A stretch of DNA of 64,000 nucleotides from Camelus ferus (taxonomy: Eukaryota): positions 77,564,001 through 77,628,000 of the forward strand of contig NC_045697.1 of NCBI RefSeq assembly GCF_009834535.1, given 5' to 3'. The number at the start of each line of letters is the position of its first letter. Within the stretch, counting starts at the first letter, position 1. The notes below the pieces were generated by a model that saw nothing but the letters and a program-made list of their open reading frames with translations, was not told the DNA's origin and did not search any database. The position numbers were made by a program, and so were the translations under genes. This document shows, in pieces, positions 25,106 through 39,192 of the stretch.

Positions 25106-27674
25106 CATCATTTTCATTTATAATCTCTCCAATTTCTCTCAAAGCAAACACACATAGTAACAGTGTTCTGTGAATTTGTAAGAGCTCAGAACATGTTTAC
25201 ACTCTTCTACTGATTCTGCTTATTTTGGTGCTTTCCTTTCTTCCTCAAACACAAAAAAAATTTTAAGGTCAGTCTCTTAGAATGAAACAGTATTCTGGTT
25301 GACTTTCAAGAAAAGACATATATGTATCTTTTTGTCTCTTAGTTAAGGAATCATGTCTGACTAACAAATTAACAACTGAAAGCAACAACCATGTCAACCA
25401 CAAAAATACAGAGAGCATTAAAGTTTTGATCCCTTGTTTTAATACTGGAAAAAAAATCTCAAGCCCATTCAATCAGTTGGTTGGGCCCACAAAGTCACGG
25501 AAATATCTCCATCTCTAATGCTTGCACACCTCATGGGAGCTGATAGTTGGCACACTTTGTACCTGGACGGCTTTGGCATTCCACCAGTCCTATCCTAGGT
25601 GTATTCCTCTTTCCTTCCCTCAAGGCAGAAAAAGCATAAAGTGTCATTAGTTGTACTTTCACAAATTATCCTAAAAGTCTTTAGGACATAAGGCTGGAAG
25701 TGGTTTGGGTCTGTGAATTATCCCGGGCCCTTAGGCATCTAAGAATAGGAACTCAATGGGTATTTGTGTGCTATGGTACTTATTATGACTAGGATTGGGT
25801 AATTAAAACAAAGGCTTTCAAAAGTCAGGGGACTTTGCTTTCTCTTGCTTCACAGATCACCAGGCTGCTGAACTTTCTACATGACCTTGTCAGGCATAGT
25901 TGAACTCTCCAGGCCACTGTACATTTCCTCGGGGGAGAAGGTCTTCTCACTTCATGATCAAGTGTGAGCCTGAGGAACACGGGGAAACCCTCCACCTCTG
26001 CCCCCGAATTCCCAGCCATCCCGGCAAAGAGGATGGGCCCGAGGCTTTTAGGGCTTTTCTCTCTTCTGGAGAAGCCAGTTTCCATCTGATGTTTGAGAAG
26101 AAAAATGAAAAGATACAGCCTACAACACAAGTGGGAGGTAATGCGTTTGTGTTTGGCATTTCCAAGCTGGCTATCTGGCCTTCTCCCCTGTCCTGACACC
26201 CTTCCTTTCCTATAACCCACAGCCCTTCACACTCTGAGTTTCAAAATACAGGGGCTTCTGCTCCTCCATCTCTACTGGAAATTCCCATAATTTCTCAATT
26301 CGATGTTAAAGACAAATGTGACTGGAGGAGGGAATGACTGAAACTCCCTTCCTCTTTCTGGGGTGTTAGGTGAATTTTCAGCTGATAGAATTGCAGATAG
26401 CCCAGGTCCCTAAAGAATTCTAGACAGGGGAGGAGCATGAGTTTTTAATCATTCATTCACTCAACCAGTTATTTCTTGAGTGTTTTATATGTGCCAGGCA
26501 ATATTATGTGTGAAGGAGAATCCTGAAATTTTAGGGCCTGGAGAAGTCAAGAAAAGGATTAGAACATTTAGAAAGAAATTACGTATTGGGCATACAACAG
26601 TAAACTCAATAGCTAGGATTCTATCTATTGAGAGCTTAAATTTCTTGGAGCTTGACACTTTAAAGCAAGGAGAAAGATAGTACGTCAGGAAAATTTGTTA
26701 TTCTGGGAGAATATTTTACCCAAATCAAAAGAGTACTGGAAGGGGCCTTATGTGCTCCCAGTCCAAACTCCTATACCTTGGGCACTCACTTCAGTAACAC
26801 CAGCTAGGCAGATTTCCCAGTTAATGACTTTTAAAATACTGGAAATGAAGGCAAATCAAAAAGTCCAAATGTGAGTGACATATACCTTTGATAAAAATAC
26901 TTAAAATAACTTCCTGAAATTAAACTGAAGTTTCCAATCATGAAGGGATAATAGAATGAAACCAACATGATCAAAAGTATGACAGGCATAGTAGTGCTGT
27001 GTCATGAAGAGTTAGCATAGAGGTGGTAATCTAGAGCAAGCAGAGCAGAAAACTGAGCTCCAGTCTCACACAGTCCCAGCCAGCATCAACACCAGCAGAG
27101 CTGAAGAAATCGCCTGATACTGACTCAGCGTTTGAAGCTATAAATTGAATCCACCTTTAAGTAAAGATGAAGAGTTACTGATGAGTGCTGAAGGAAAGAG
27201 AGATAAACATTAGTCCAAATGTCTTGGGACAAGAATGCTACAAAGCACAAGAGGATGAGGATGAAATCAGAGCTATTCTCTATAGATAAGCAGTATCCAA
27301 GTTTTCATTATAGAAGCATAATGAACTCGATGTTATCCACAAACCCCTCTAGCAGCTCCAAAGAAATTTCAGATTAAGGAACCCCTTCAGGCACCGTTAA
27401 CATCTAAGTATCAGTATGAGTAAGCCTTACTTGAATATTGAGACAAGACTCTGGCACCCAACGTGAGCAAAATCAGAGCACAGATATCCCTTTAGATTTT
27501 AACAGATGGTTTCTGTCTGGGTTTATTCATTTAAAAATTCATTTATTCTAACTACAGCTACCATTTCATTCCTCATGGTGTGAATATCCCTGGGTTCTGT
27601 TCACAGACACACAATAGCAACAGGAAAAAGGATGGGCTCAGAGGCTTCGTCCATCCAGGCAGAAGAAAGTACTA

Positions 27675-27869
27675 AGTCACCCATCAGAATTGCTAAAATG
27701 AAGAAAAACTGTCAATATTGATGGTAGGTAAGAATGGGGAGTAACTGGAATTTTCACATGCTGTTCATGAGAACATAAATTGGTATAAACCCTTTGGAAA
27801 ACTGTTTGGCAGAATCTGCTAAAGCTAAACCCTCTGACTGAGCAATTCCTCTCTTGGGTAAAAACTCAA
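27675..27869 (+). mobile_element. Ancient L1ME-like relic, left half (split by a younger L1)
   Basis: ttggaaaactgtttggcagaatctgctaaagctaaa...agcaattcctctcttgggta; continues colinearly at 31301. Confidence 0.75.
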
Positions 27870-30800
27870 AAGACCATGAAACTAGAAATCAACTACAGAG
27901 AAACAAAGGAGAAAAAAAGGATAGTGTGGAGATTAAACAACATACTATTAAAAAACCAGTGGGTCAATGATGAAATCGAAGTTGAAATTAAAAAATACCT
28001 TGAGACAAATGAAAATGAAAACAAAACCACACAAAATTTATGGGACACAGCAAAGGCAGTGCTAAGAGAGAAGTTTATAGCGATACAGGCCTTCCTCAAA
28101 AAAGAACAATCTCAAATAAATAATCTAACCCACCAGCTAAAAGAATTAGAAAAAGAAGAGCAAAAAACCCCAAAAGGCAGCAGAAGGAAGGAAATAATAA
28201 AGATCAAGGGGGAAACAAATTAAAGAGACTAAAAAAACAAAACAAAACAAAACAAAAAACAAACCAAAAGCTGGTTTTTTGAAAAAGTAAGTAAAATCGA
28301 CAACCTCTGGCCAAACTCACAAAGAAGAAAAAAGAGCACAAATAAGCAAAATAAGACAGGAAAATGGAGACATTACAACAAATAACATAGAAATACAGAA
28401 TATCATATGAGAATATTATGAAAAAGTATATGGAACCAAAATGGATAACCTAGAGGAGATGGACAAGTTTCTGGAAACATACAGTCCACCAAGACTGAAC
28501 CAAGAAGAAACTGACCACTTGAACAAGCTGATCACTAGAAATGAAATTGAATTAGCAATAAAACAACCTCCCTGCAAATAAAAGTCCAGGACTGGACAGC
28601 TTCACTGGGGAATTCTACCAAACATACAAAGAAGAACTCATACCAGTCCTTCTCAAACTCTTCCAGAAGATGGAAAAGGAGGGAATACTCCCAAACTCAT
28701 TCTATGAAGCCACCATGACCCTGATACCAAAACCAGGCAAAGACACTACCAAAAAAGAGAATTATAGGTCAGTATCACTGATGAACATAGATGCAAAAAT
28801 CCTCACCAAAATATTAGCAAATAGGATCCAACAGCACATAAAAAAGATTATACATCATGACCAAGTGGGGTTCATCCCAGGGACACAAGGGTGGTTCAAC
28901 ATACACAAATCAATCAATGTAATACATCACATCAACAAGAGAAAGGACAAAAAACACATGATCATCTCAATAGATGCAGAAAAGGCATTTGATAAAATTA
29001 AGCACCCATTTAATGATAAAAACTCTCACCACAGTGGGTATAGAGGGAACATATCTCAACATAATAAAAGCTATATATGACAAACCTATAGCCAGCATAG
29101 TACTCAACGGTGAAAAACTCAAAACCATCCCACTAAAATCTGGGCCAAGACAAGGATGCCCACTATCACCACTCCTATTCAACATAGTCTTGGAAGTGCT
29201 AGCCACAGCAATCAGGCAAGTGAGAGAAATAAAAGGGATCCAAATTGGAAAAGAAGAGGTAAAAGTGTCACTATATGCCGACGACATGTTACTATACATA
29301 GAAAATCCTAAAAGGTCCACACAAAAACTACTAGAGCTGATCGAAGAATTCAGCAAGGTAGCAGGTTACAAGATTAACGTTCAAAAATCAGTTGCATTTC
29401 TTTATACTAACGATGAATCAACAGAAAAAGAAAGTAAAGAAACAATCCCCTTTAAAATAGCACCCAAAGTAATAAAATAGCTAGGAATAAATCTAACCAA
29501 GGAGGTGAAAGAATTATACATAGAAAACTATAAACCATTGATGAAGGAAATTAAAGAAGACTTTAGAAACTGGAAAGATATCCCATGCTCCTGGATTGGA
29601 AGAATCAATATTATTAAAATGGTCACTGTCCAAGGTAATCTACAGATTTAATGCAATCCCTATCAAATTACCCAGGACATATTTCACAGAACTAGAAAAA
29701 ATCATAATAAAATTTATATGGAACCACAAAAGACCTAGAATTGCCAAAGCATTACTGACAAAAAAGAAAGAGGCCGGAGGAATAACTCTCCCAGACTTCA
29801 GACAATACTATAGAGCTACAGTCATCAAGACAGCATGGTATTGGTACAAAAACAGACATACAGACCAATGGAACAGAATAGAGCCCAGAAATGAACCCAC
29901 AAACTTTTGGTCAACTAATCTTCGACAAAGGAGGCAAGAATATACAATGGAATAAAGACAGTCTCTTCAGCAAATGGTGTTGGGAAAACTGGACAGCAGC
30001 AAGTAAATCAATGAAGCTAGAACACTCCCTTACACCATACACAAAAATAAACTCCAAATGGATCAAAGACTTAAACATAAGAAAGATACAGTAAACCTTC
30101 TAGAGGAAAATATAGGCAAAACATTATCTGACATACATCTCAAAAATGTTCTCCTAGGGCAGTCTACCCAAGCAATAGAAATAAAAGCAAGAACAAACAA
30201 ATGGGACCTAATAAAACTTACAAGCTTATGAACAGCAAAGGAAACCATAAGTAAAGCAAAATGACAACCTACGGAATGGGAGAAAATTTTTGTAAATGAA
30301 ACCAACAAAGGCTTGATCTCCAGAATACATAAGCAGCTCATACGACTTAATATGAAAAAAGCAAACAACCCAATCCAAAAATGGGCAGAAGACCTAAACA
30401 AGCACTTCTCCAAGGAAGAAATACAAATGGCCAATAGGCACATGAAAATATGCTCAATATCACTAATTATCAGAGAAATGCAAATCAAAACTACAATGAG
30501 GTATCACCTCTCACCAGTCAGAATGGCCATCATTCAAAAATCCATAAATGACAAATGCTGGAGAGGCTGTGGAGAAAAGGGAACCCTCCTACACTCTGGT
30601 GGGAGTGCGATTTGGTGCAGCCACTGTGGAAAACAGTATGGAGATTCCTCAAAAGACTAGGCATAGACTTACCATATGACCCTGTAATCCCACTCCTGGG
30701 CATATATCCAGAAGGAACCCTACTTCAAAAAGACACCTGCACCCAAATGTTCATAGCAGCACTATTTACAATAGCCAAGACATGGAAACAGCCTAACTGT

Positions 30801-31290
30801 CCATCAACAGATGACTGGATAAAGAAGAAGTGGTATACTTATACAATGGAATACTATTCAGCCATAAAAATGACAACATAACACCATTTGCAGCAACATG
30901 GATGTCCCTGGAGAATGTCATTGTAAGTGAAGTAAGCCAGAAAGAGAAAGAAAAATACCGTATCAGATCGCTTATATGAGGAATCTAAAAAAACAAACAA
31001 AACATAAATACAATACAGAAGCAGACTCATAGACATAGAACCCAAACTTGTGGTTGCCAAGGGGGTGGGGGCTGGGAATGGACAGACTGGGATTTCAAAA
31101 TGTAGGATAGATAAACAAGATTATACTGTATAGCACAGGGAAATATATACAAGATCTTATGGTAGCTCACAGAGAAAAAAATGTGACAATGAATATATAT
31201 GTGTTCATGTATAACTGAAAAATTGTGCTCTACACTAGAATTTGACACAACATTGTAAAATGATTATAACTCAATAAAACTGTTTTAAAA
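27870..31290 (+). mobile_element. Young 5'-truncated LINE-1 (3.4 kb) with disrupted ORF2 (RT and C-terminal domain)
   Basis: ORF2 pieces in shifting frames (27876-28223, 28670-29080, 28974-29480, 29596-29955, 29891-30094, 30313-30660, 30555-30881). RT motifs [10 protein letters not shown] and YADD (29274-29285). TSD AAAAACTCAA at 27860-27869 and 31291-31300. Confidence 0.97.
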
Positions 31291-31300
31291 AAAAACTCAA

Positions 31301-31790
31301 CAGAAATGCCAGCATAATGCACATTAAAAGACAGGTAAACAAATGTTCCCAGCAGCATTATCATAGTTATCTCCACAGTAAAACAACCCAAATGTCTACC
31401 TACAGTAGAGTAAAATAAAATGAATAAATGAAGCACTATACAGCAATAAGAACAAAGGAACTACTGCTGCATGCAAAAACATGGATAATTCTCAGAAACA
31501 GAATGCTGAATGAAAGAACTCAGACACTCAAGAGTATATACTGTATGAGTCTGTTCATACAAAGTTCAAATATAGGCAAAATTAATCTGATGATGGATGT
31601 CAGAGTAGTAGTTACTTTTGGGGAGAGGCTACTTGGGAAGGTGTGCAGAGAGAAGCTTGGTACTGGCAATGTTCTAGGGCTTAATCTGGGCGGGGATTAC
31701 ACCAGGGAGTTCTCTTTGCTAAAAGGTCATTGAGTTCTATGCTTCCTATTCAGACAGTTTTCTGTATATATGATATATGGGAAATAAAAA
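31301..31790 (+). mobile_element. Ancient L1ME-like relic, right half
   Basis: aatgttcccagcagcatt...aaacaacccaaatgtc...aaacatggataattctcagaaacagaatgctgaatgaaagaa...aataaaaa. Confidence 0.8.
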
Positions 31791-31809
31791 GGCTTATGAG
31801 AAAAAAGAA

Positions 31810-33230
31810 ACTTATTCTATGCCTACCACATACTAAGTTCTTTTTAGGTTCAAGGGATTTAAAAAAAGAGAAAAAGACAAGGAGCCAGTTGTCATGGAGT
31901 CTACATTCTAGTGGGAGGGGATAACAAATACATAAAAATAGCTTAAAGATTTCAAATAGTGGCAAGTGCCATGATGATAATTAAACTGGGTGAGGTGATA
32001 ATGGTTAGGAGTTGGGGACAGGATCATCTGCTGAGATCAGAGAAGTCCTCTCAGAGGTGGTGACACGTGAGCCAGTCTGGCCAACACAGCAAGTGGAACA
32101 CAGCAAGCGGAGGGACAGACAATGGCAGAGCAGGAGTGAGCTGGGTGTGCTGGTGGGGCCAGGCCAGGGAGGCCGCCAGTGACAGGGGCTGGAGGGAAAC
32201 TCAGTTCAGCAGGTGGGCAGGGACTCACACTTGGAGGGCCTCTGAGGATTTTATATGGTTATAGTGATAGTAATATTAATAATAATAATAATAATATTTA
32301 TTTTATTCTAACTGTACTGCATAGGCATTGGTGGGTTTTAAGCAGGGGAATGATATGTGATTTATGGGTTTTTTTTTTAATGGAGGTACTGGGGATTGAA
32401 CCAGGACTTCGTGCATGTTAAGCTCGCACTCTACCAGTGAGCTCTACTCTCCCCACTGTGATTTCTGTTTGATAATGATAACTCAGGCTGCTGTGTGAAG
32501 AATGGACTGTAAGACAATGAGATACGCTACAAAAAGTAATATACCATTAATAGTTAATATATAATTAAAACTAATGTATAATTATTCATAATATTAAATG
32601 ACAATAATTTATCATTATATAAGAAATCCATCTGGGAGAACATTTAAACAGGCCTTATATCTCTCATTTCTAAATGAGAGATGGTGGTGGCTGGTATGGG
32701 GTGACAGCGGATATAAACAGAAACAAGTAGACAAACCTCCATACCTGAGAAGACATCCTGAACACTGTGTGGTGGTGCCAAATAGCAAAGAAGATGACAA
32801 AGACTTCTGGCCTGCTTAACAAGGGTGGATAATGAGGCCAGGTACCCAGATAGAGAGGAATGAATTGAATTATTAAGTCTAGTGGGGAGTGGGTGGAGAG
32901 GAAATCCAGTGCTGTTGAGATATTTTAGATATGAGATGTCTGTCATAAGCACATCCACGTAAAGATGAAGTAGCTTTAATGGGGACTTTGGAGTTTAGGA
33001 AGGAGGTGCGGGCTGGAAACTTCAATTTGAGAGTCATCTGATATTTAAACATGGCTTAATGAGATGAGATCATTTAGGGAGAGAACTGAAATAAAGGAGA
33101 GATGGGAGCACCTAACTGAGCCCTAGGGCGCTTCAACTTTTGTACGTCAGAGTAGAGGAGGGGAACTGTTGCAGAAGAAGCATGAGGCAACTGTTGTCAG
33201 GCCCATTAGAGGTAACCCGAGTGGAGAGGT
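31810..33230 (-). mobile_element. L2 relic, interrupted by (AAT)n and a SINE
   Basis: catggagtctacattctagtgggag, ttttaagcaggggaatgata, tttgagagtcatc and ctgagccctaggg are typical antisense L2 words. Confidence 0.65.
32364..32456 (-). mobile_element. tRNA-derived camelid-type SINE
   Basis: Minus strand ggggagagtagagctcactggtagagtgcgagcttaacatgcacgaagtcctggttcaatccccagtacctcc plus A tail. Candidate TSD tgtgattt at 32356-32363 and 32457-32464. Confidence 0.9.
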
Positions 33231-33329
33231 GGCCTGAGCAGGTGAGGGTGAAGTCAAAGCTTCCTTCCACCTGTGGGGCCTGGCACGTAGGAGGTACTCG
33301 GGCCATCCTGATTGCAGAGTCTGCTGAGC

Positions 33330-33760
33330 TTTATTAAAAGCATAATTTAATTACAGTATACTTCAGAAAATTCAGGAAATAGAGAGGAAGAACTAGTCAT
33401 GATCCTATCAACACAACACAGTGATTATAATTTGTATTACCTTCCAGTCTTGCTCGTTTTCCATTCATGGTGGAGCTGAGCGTACTAAGCAGAGCAGCCT
33501 ACTTAGCGACATCTCTTACCACGAGCAATCTTTCCATGCTGCTACCTGGTCTTCACGAACCCCCTATTTAATAAGTCTGCGTCACTGTTTCATTGGATGC
33601 TTGCACGGTAATTACCACTCCTCTCCATACTGCTTCTCATTTCTTTCAAGTATAAATAATGCTGCCATAAATATCATTATCCATGAAGCCTTTCCTTGTT
33701 TGGTGTTATTTCCTTGAGATAAATTCCCGGCGGAGGAACTGAGTTAAAGTATATGCTAAA
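33330..33760 (-). mobile_element. L1ME4-like relic
   Basis: tataaataatgctgccataaatatc...tatttccttgagataaattccc. Confidence 0.5.
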
Positions 33761-34819
33761 AACATTTTTTTTTTATAAAACTAGTTCAGACAATGTTGAG
33801 AGAGAGGCAAGATGGGACATCCAAAAGAGAAAATGCCAACTGATGTGAAACAGGAGCAGATTTGGTAAATGCCATGTGCGGGGGGGTGGTGGAGGGAGGT
33901 GGGGCGCAGAGGCCAGCATCATGGAGGCATTTCCCTCCTAGGAGGTCACAAGCAGAGGGATTTCAGAGACCCTGCCCTGGGGCTGCTCTGCCTCCCTTGA
34001 CTGTGCCGAGCTGGCATTAGGCCAGTCGGGAAGCGGATTCACCAGGAAGCTGAGTAAAAGCTTACCAGAACACTGATGTTATCTCAGGTGCAAGCACCCA
34101 GTTAACAGTCCATGGTGCAGGGGGGTGTGGTGTGTGTGAAATGTCTGTAGAAAGGTCAGAGGCACAATAAGAAATGCATGAGTAAGGATCAAGTATGCCA
34201 CAGTTGGCCCCAGAGCCACAGTCTGATACCTCTGCAAAGCAGCTCACCACGCACTGGACTTCTCATCCACGGAACGTCTGGAAATCTTTAGTTGTTCAGT
34301 AGGAATTGCCAGTGTGGATGGGGGGATGTCCCTGGACTTGGGGGTGGGGAAGAGGGTGATGTCTAAGGGGCATATGAGCACCCTGAAATTACACAGATTT
34401 TAATGACAGTGAACCCTGGAGGTTAGTAAAAATGCAGATTTCCAAGCTGTGCTTTGGGGGAAGACCCAGATATGGGAATTTTTAAACATTCCAGATGCAC
34501 ATGGTCCACAAGTTACAGTTGGAGAAACTCAGCAAAGTTTCTTCTCCTTCCCTGGCTCATAAAATCATATTCCCCTCTTTTGTAAGCTACTCACAAAATC
34601 TTTCTGGAATTAGCACTTTTATTTTTGATTTTCCCGGTCATATGAGCAGCATGGCAAAGAGCGGGAGCTTCTGAAGTAGGGGAACTAAATGTGATGCTGC
34701 CACTTATAAGCTGTATGTCCATAGGTATGTCTTCATCACTCTAAGCATCAGTTCCTTCAAAATAGGGACACAGTTGCATTTTATATGGATCTGGAGCATG
34801 ACATTGTGAAATATCGAGA

Positions 34820-34892
34820 TATACACACCCATACACACACATATATATACACACATACATACATACACACACACATATATACACATACACAC
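34820..34892. repeat. Compound (CA)/(TA) microsatellite
   Basis: Directly visible in the sequence. Confidence 0.9.
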
Positions 34893-35170
34893 AAAATATT
34901 AATCAGGATGTACCTAATATGCAAAATTTGAAGGAATATGAATTCTCTACATCTAAAATATACTCAAGAATCACATAATTTCAAAGCTAATGGCCCAACT
35001 GATTTAAAATACATTTATAATGCTGCCACGTGGGAGCACCACATTAGTGGGGAACAGAAAAATACCCACATCTTTGGTCATTATCTTCTGAACCACTCTG
35101 TTGTTTAGGTGCCTCAGAAGTTTTAAAGGTCATTTTGGTGACTACTGTTACTTTAACAATCACTGTTGGT

Positions 35171-36225
35171 CAACAACAAAAAACAACCCAATCAAAAGTG
35201 AGCAGAAGACCTAAATGTCTACAGACGTTTAAGTAGATATTTCTAAATAGACATTTCTCCAAAGAAGACATCCGGATGGCCAATGGCACATGAAAAGATG
35301 CTCAACATCACTAATTGTTAGAGAAATGCAAATCAAAACTACAATGAGGTATCACCTCACCCAGTCAGAATGGCCATCATAAAAAAGTTCACAAATAATA
35401 AATGCTGGAGAGGATGTGGAGAAAAAGGAACCCTCCTACATTGCTGGTGGGAATGTAAATTGGTGCAGCCACAATGGAGAACAGCATGCAGATTCCTTAA
35501 AACAGGAAAAATAGTTACCATATGACCCAGCACTCCCATTCCTGGGCATATATCAAGAGAAAACTAATCTGAAAAGATACATGCACCCTAATGTTCATAG
35601 CAGCATTATTCACAATAGCCAAGACATGGAAGCAACCTAAATGTCCACCAACAGGTGAATGGATGAGGATGTTGTATGTAGGTGTGTGTGTATATATACA
35701 CACACACACATACACAACAGAATACTACTCAGCCATATATATACACACACACACACATACATACATACACAACAGAATACTACTCAGCCATAAAAAAGAA
35801 TGAAATAGTGCCATTTGCAGTAACACAGATGAGATTATCATATTAAGTGAGGTCAGATAAAGATAAATATCATATGATTTCACTTATATGTGGAATCTAA
35901 AATATGCTACAAATGAACTTATTTACAAAACAGACTCACAGAAAAAGAAAACAAATTTATGGTTACAAAAGGGAAGAATGGGGGGAGGGGGGAGGGAGGG
36001 ATAAATTAGGAGTTTGGGATTAGCGGATACAAACTATATATAAAGCAGATAAACAATAAGTTTATACTGTATAGCACAAGGAACTATATTCAATATCTTG
36101 TAATAAACCATAATGGAAAAAATATGAAAAAGAATATATATATATATAAATAAACTGGATCACTTTGCTCTACACAAGCAAGTAACACAACATTGTATAT
36201 CAACTATACTTTCATTTTTAAAAAG
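35171..36225 (+). mobile_element. L1 3' fragment (~1.05 kb)
   Basis: ORF2 C-terminal remnant ([19 protein letters not shown]) plus 3' UTR. tgttggt on both flanks (35164-35170, 36230-36236). Confidence 0.93.
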
Positions 36226-36403
36226 TTGATGTTGGTAAATTATAACAGTGCCATCCAAGTGTTCATTAAGTGGGGGTGCCAAGAGAACAGAGAAACATGT
36301 TTCAGACACCAAGAACTTTCAAATGAAGGAGCAAAAGTTAGAAATGATGAAAGTAACTATTAGGTATGTATTTATTTGTTGTGTTTAAAATTATTCCTAT
36401 GAG

Positions 36404-36536
36404 TCAATATCTTGTAATAACCTATAATGAAAAGTACGGAAAAAGAATACATGTATGTATAACCAATCACTATGCTGTATACCAGAACCTAACACAACAT
36501 TGTAAACCAACTATACTCCAATAAAAAAGTAAAAAC
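36404..36536 (+). mobile_element. Very short L1 3' tip with perfect 15-bp TSD
   Basis: TSD aattattcctatgag at 36389-36403 and 36537-36551; TT/AAAA-type target site. Confidence 0.93.
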
Positions 36537-38199
36537 AATTATTCCTATGAGAAAATGTTTTTGAATTATGAAGGTTCTGAAATATCTGGGCACACTGAAA
36601 TATTCAAACAACTCATCCATCTTGAAAAAAAATGTGACCTCCCTCTAATGGTATTTTCTTCAGTTGTGAGGATGAGTGAGATGGTATAGATAAAGCCCTG
36701 GGCATATACTGTCTACACTGGTTATTAGGTTTGAAAATTTGGAGCAAAAGCTGTCATTTCTTTTCTGTTCTTCAAAGAGGGTACTTGTTCACTTTAAATC
36801 AGGGTAATCATAAAAATTTTTGGAAAACACAATTTTCAAACAATAAAAATTTCCCATTCAACACTGACACCTACCTCCTGTGCCCCCTCCCCTGGCAAAG
36901 GCTCTCGTGGATTCCCTAAAAGCCCCAAGGAAACCTGGTTGAAATCTTCACTTCTTGGATTCCTACAGCAGCCTAGGAGTGGATAATGAGTCTGATTTTC
37001 TTTCTTGTTTTGAGTGGATGGTTCTCCACTTTGCATTCTATTAGTCTAAGCAAAAGGACCACTTCTGAGAAAACTGTTCCCTGAGAAATATTTTTTTTTT
37101 TTATAAAATTGTCACTATTCTTGTACTTTGGCTCACATTTCTTTCCTACTACAAGACCAGGGTTATCTGAGCAGCCTGAAAACTTGGCAGTTCTACGGGG
37201 TAATTTTTCTCACTTTTGGACTTGATCCAGTACAGGAAACAATAAAAGACTTCCGTAAGGTTTGCAAGCCCAGCTGTCTCTGACACTCCTCATTCTGTAA
37301 AAATACTTGAATGCATTTCTTAGTGCACCTGTCATCAATGTCACAGCAGAGACAATCGCCCTTACCTTTGTGTAGTTACTTAAACTGCATCAAGAAACAA
37401 TAATTTAAAACTTACAGTGGGATAAAGGAGTTAATTTTTTTTTAAGTAGCTCCTATTTCCTGGTTGGTTTCCAGTATAAAATACTTCTAATCAAAGTGAT
37501 TTCTAGTAGCTTCTTTTAGTCAAGAGATTGCTCATTTTGTCCTAAAAAATTAGGCACTTTGGTTCTTTCCTTTAAAAAAAAAAAATTCCTGCTTTTTTGA
37601 ATAAAGGTTACAGATACATGGTTTTATTAATCTTTGAAGAGTGTTTTAAATTATAAATCTATTTAGAGTTTATAGAATCTCTCTCAGGGTTTTGCCCGGA
37701 AGCTTTAAGGAAACAAGAGGAAACTGTCCAGAAGCCACCAAGCCCTCTAGTTATTCCTCCTCAAAGGGTTCAGTGGAACTAAGCTCGAAGTTTGTTTTCA
37801 CCAAAGCCAACAGCAGGGTGTTACAGCTTGTGTATTTTAGGGCAGTCAAAATGAGAACAAATACTACTTTCTATCAAGATGCTGGGTGCAGCAAGAGCAA
37901 GTGAAAACATCAGGACTGACGGGTATATTGGTGTTTTAAAGTAGGGACTCTACAATTTAATTTAGCCATAACTTTTGCAACAGATTTTTTTCCTCAAAAA
38001 AAAAAGAAAGGTTCTCTTTTTATTTGGGTTATTCAATATTTTCCCCTTCTAGCAAATGGTACTTTGCTAACCATTTCAAGAGAGAACCATATATTTAATT
38101 AGGATAAAATGCTTAAAAAGGTAAAATGAATAGGGAAATAGAAGTTCAGTCTTCTCCGCATGAAGAAATGTGGACACAGTGCTGTATGAAAACATGCAT

Positions 38200-39192
38200 T
38201 TGGTTCTCTTAGGTCAGTCTCCGAAGATAATAGAAATAAAAGCAAAAATAAACAAATGGGGCCTAATCAAACGTAAAAGCTTTTGCACAGCAGAAGAAAC
38301 CATAAACAAAATGAAAAGGAAACCTACGGACTGGGAGAAAAATATCTGCAAATAATGAGACCAACAAGGGCTTAATTTCCAAAATATACAACCAGCTCAT
38401 ACAACTCAATAACAAACAAAAAACCCCAAATAACCCAATCAAAAAGTGGGCAGAAGACCAAAATAGCTTAAATAGGTATTTCTCCAAAGAAGACACACAG
38501 ATTGCACATGGAAAGATGGTCAACATTGCTAATTATCAGAGAAATGCAAATCAAAACTACAATGAGGTATCACCTCATACCAGTCAGAATGGCCGTCATC
38601 AAAAAGTCTACAAATAATAAATGCTGGAGCGGGTGTGGAGGAAAGGGAACCCTCTTCAATGTAGGTGGGAATGGATACTGGTGCAGCCATTATGGAAAAC
38701 AGTATGGAGGTTCCTTAGAAAACTTAAAAGAGTTATCATATGATCCAGCAATCCCACTCCTGAGCATACATCTGGAAAAAATGAAAGCTCTAATTTGAAA
38801 AGACACATGCACCCCAATGCTCATAGCAGCACTATTTATAATAGCCAGAAATGGAAGCAACCTAAGTGTCTATCAACAGATGACTGGATAAAGATGTGGC
38901 ATGCATACACACACACACACACAATATATATATGTGTATTGGAGTATTACTCAGCCATGAAAAAGAATGAAATAATGCCATTTGCAGCAACATGGATGGA
39001 CCTAGAGATTATCACACTGAGTGAAATAAGTCAGACAGAGAAAGACAAATATTATACAATATCGCTTCTATGTGGAATCTGAAAAATAGTACAAATAAAC
39101 TTATTCACAAAACAGACTCATAGACAGAAAATAAACTTATGGTTACCGAAGGGGAAGGGGGAGGGATAAACTGGGACTATGGGAGTAACAGG
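38200..39192 (+). mobile_element. L1 ORF2-end/3' UTR fragment lacking its terminal ~200 nt
   Basis: ORF2-like peptides at 38170-39082; homology stops after gggataaactgggactatgggagtaacag. Confidence 0.92.

Noticed and set aside
27876..30881. Reverse transcriptase ORFs as a novel RT-based system
   Set aside because: Ordinary decayed LINE-1 ORF2 with frameshifts and stops, lacking ORF1 and the endonuclease.
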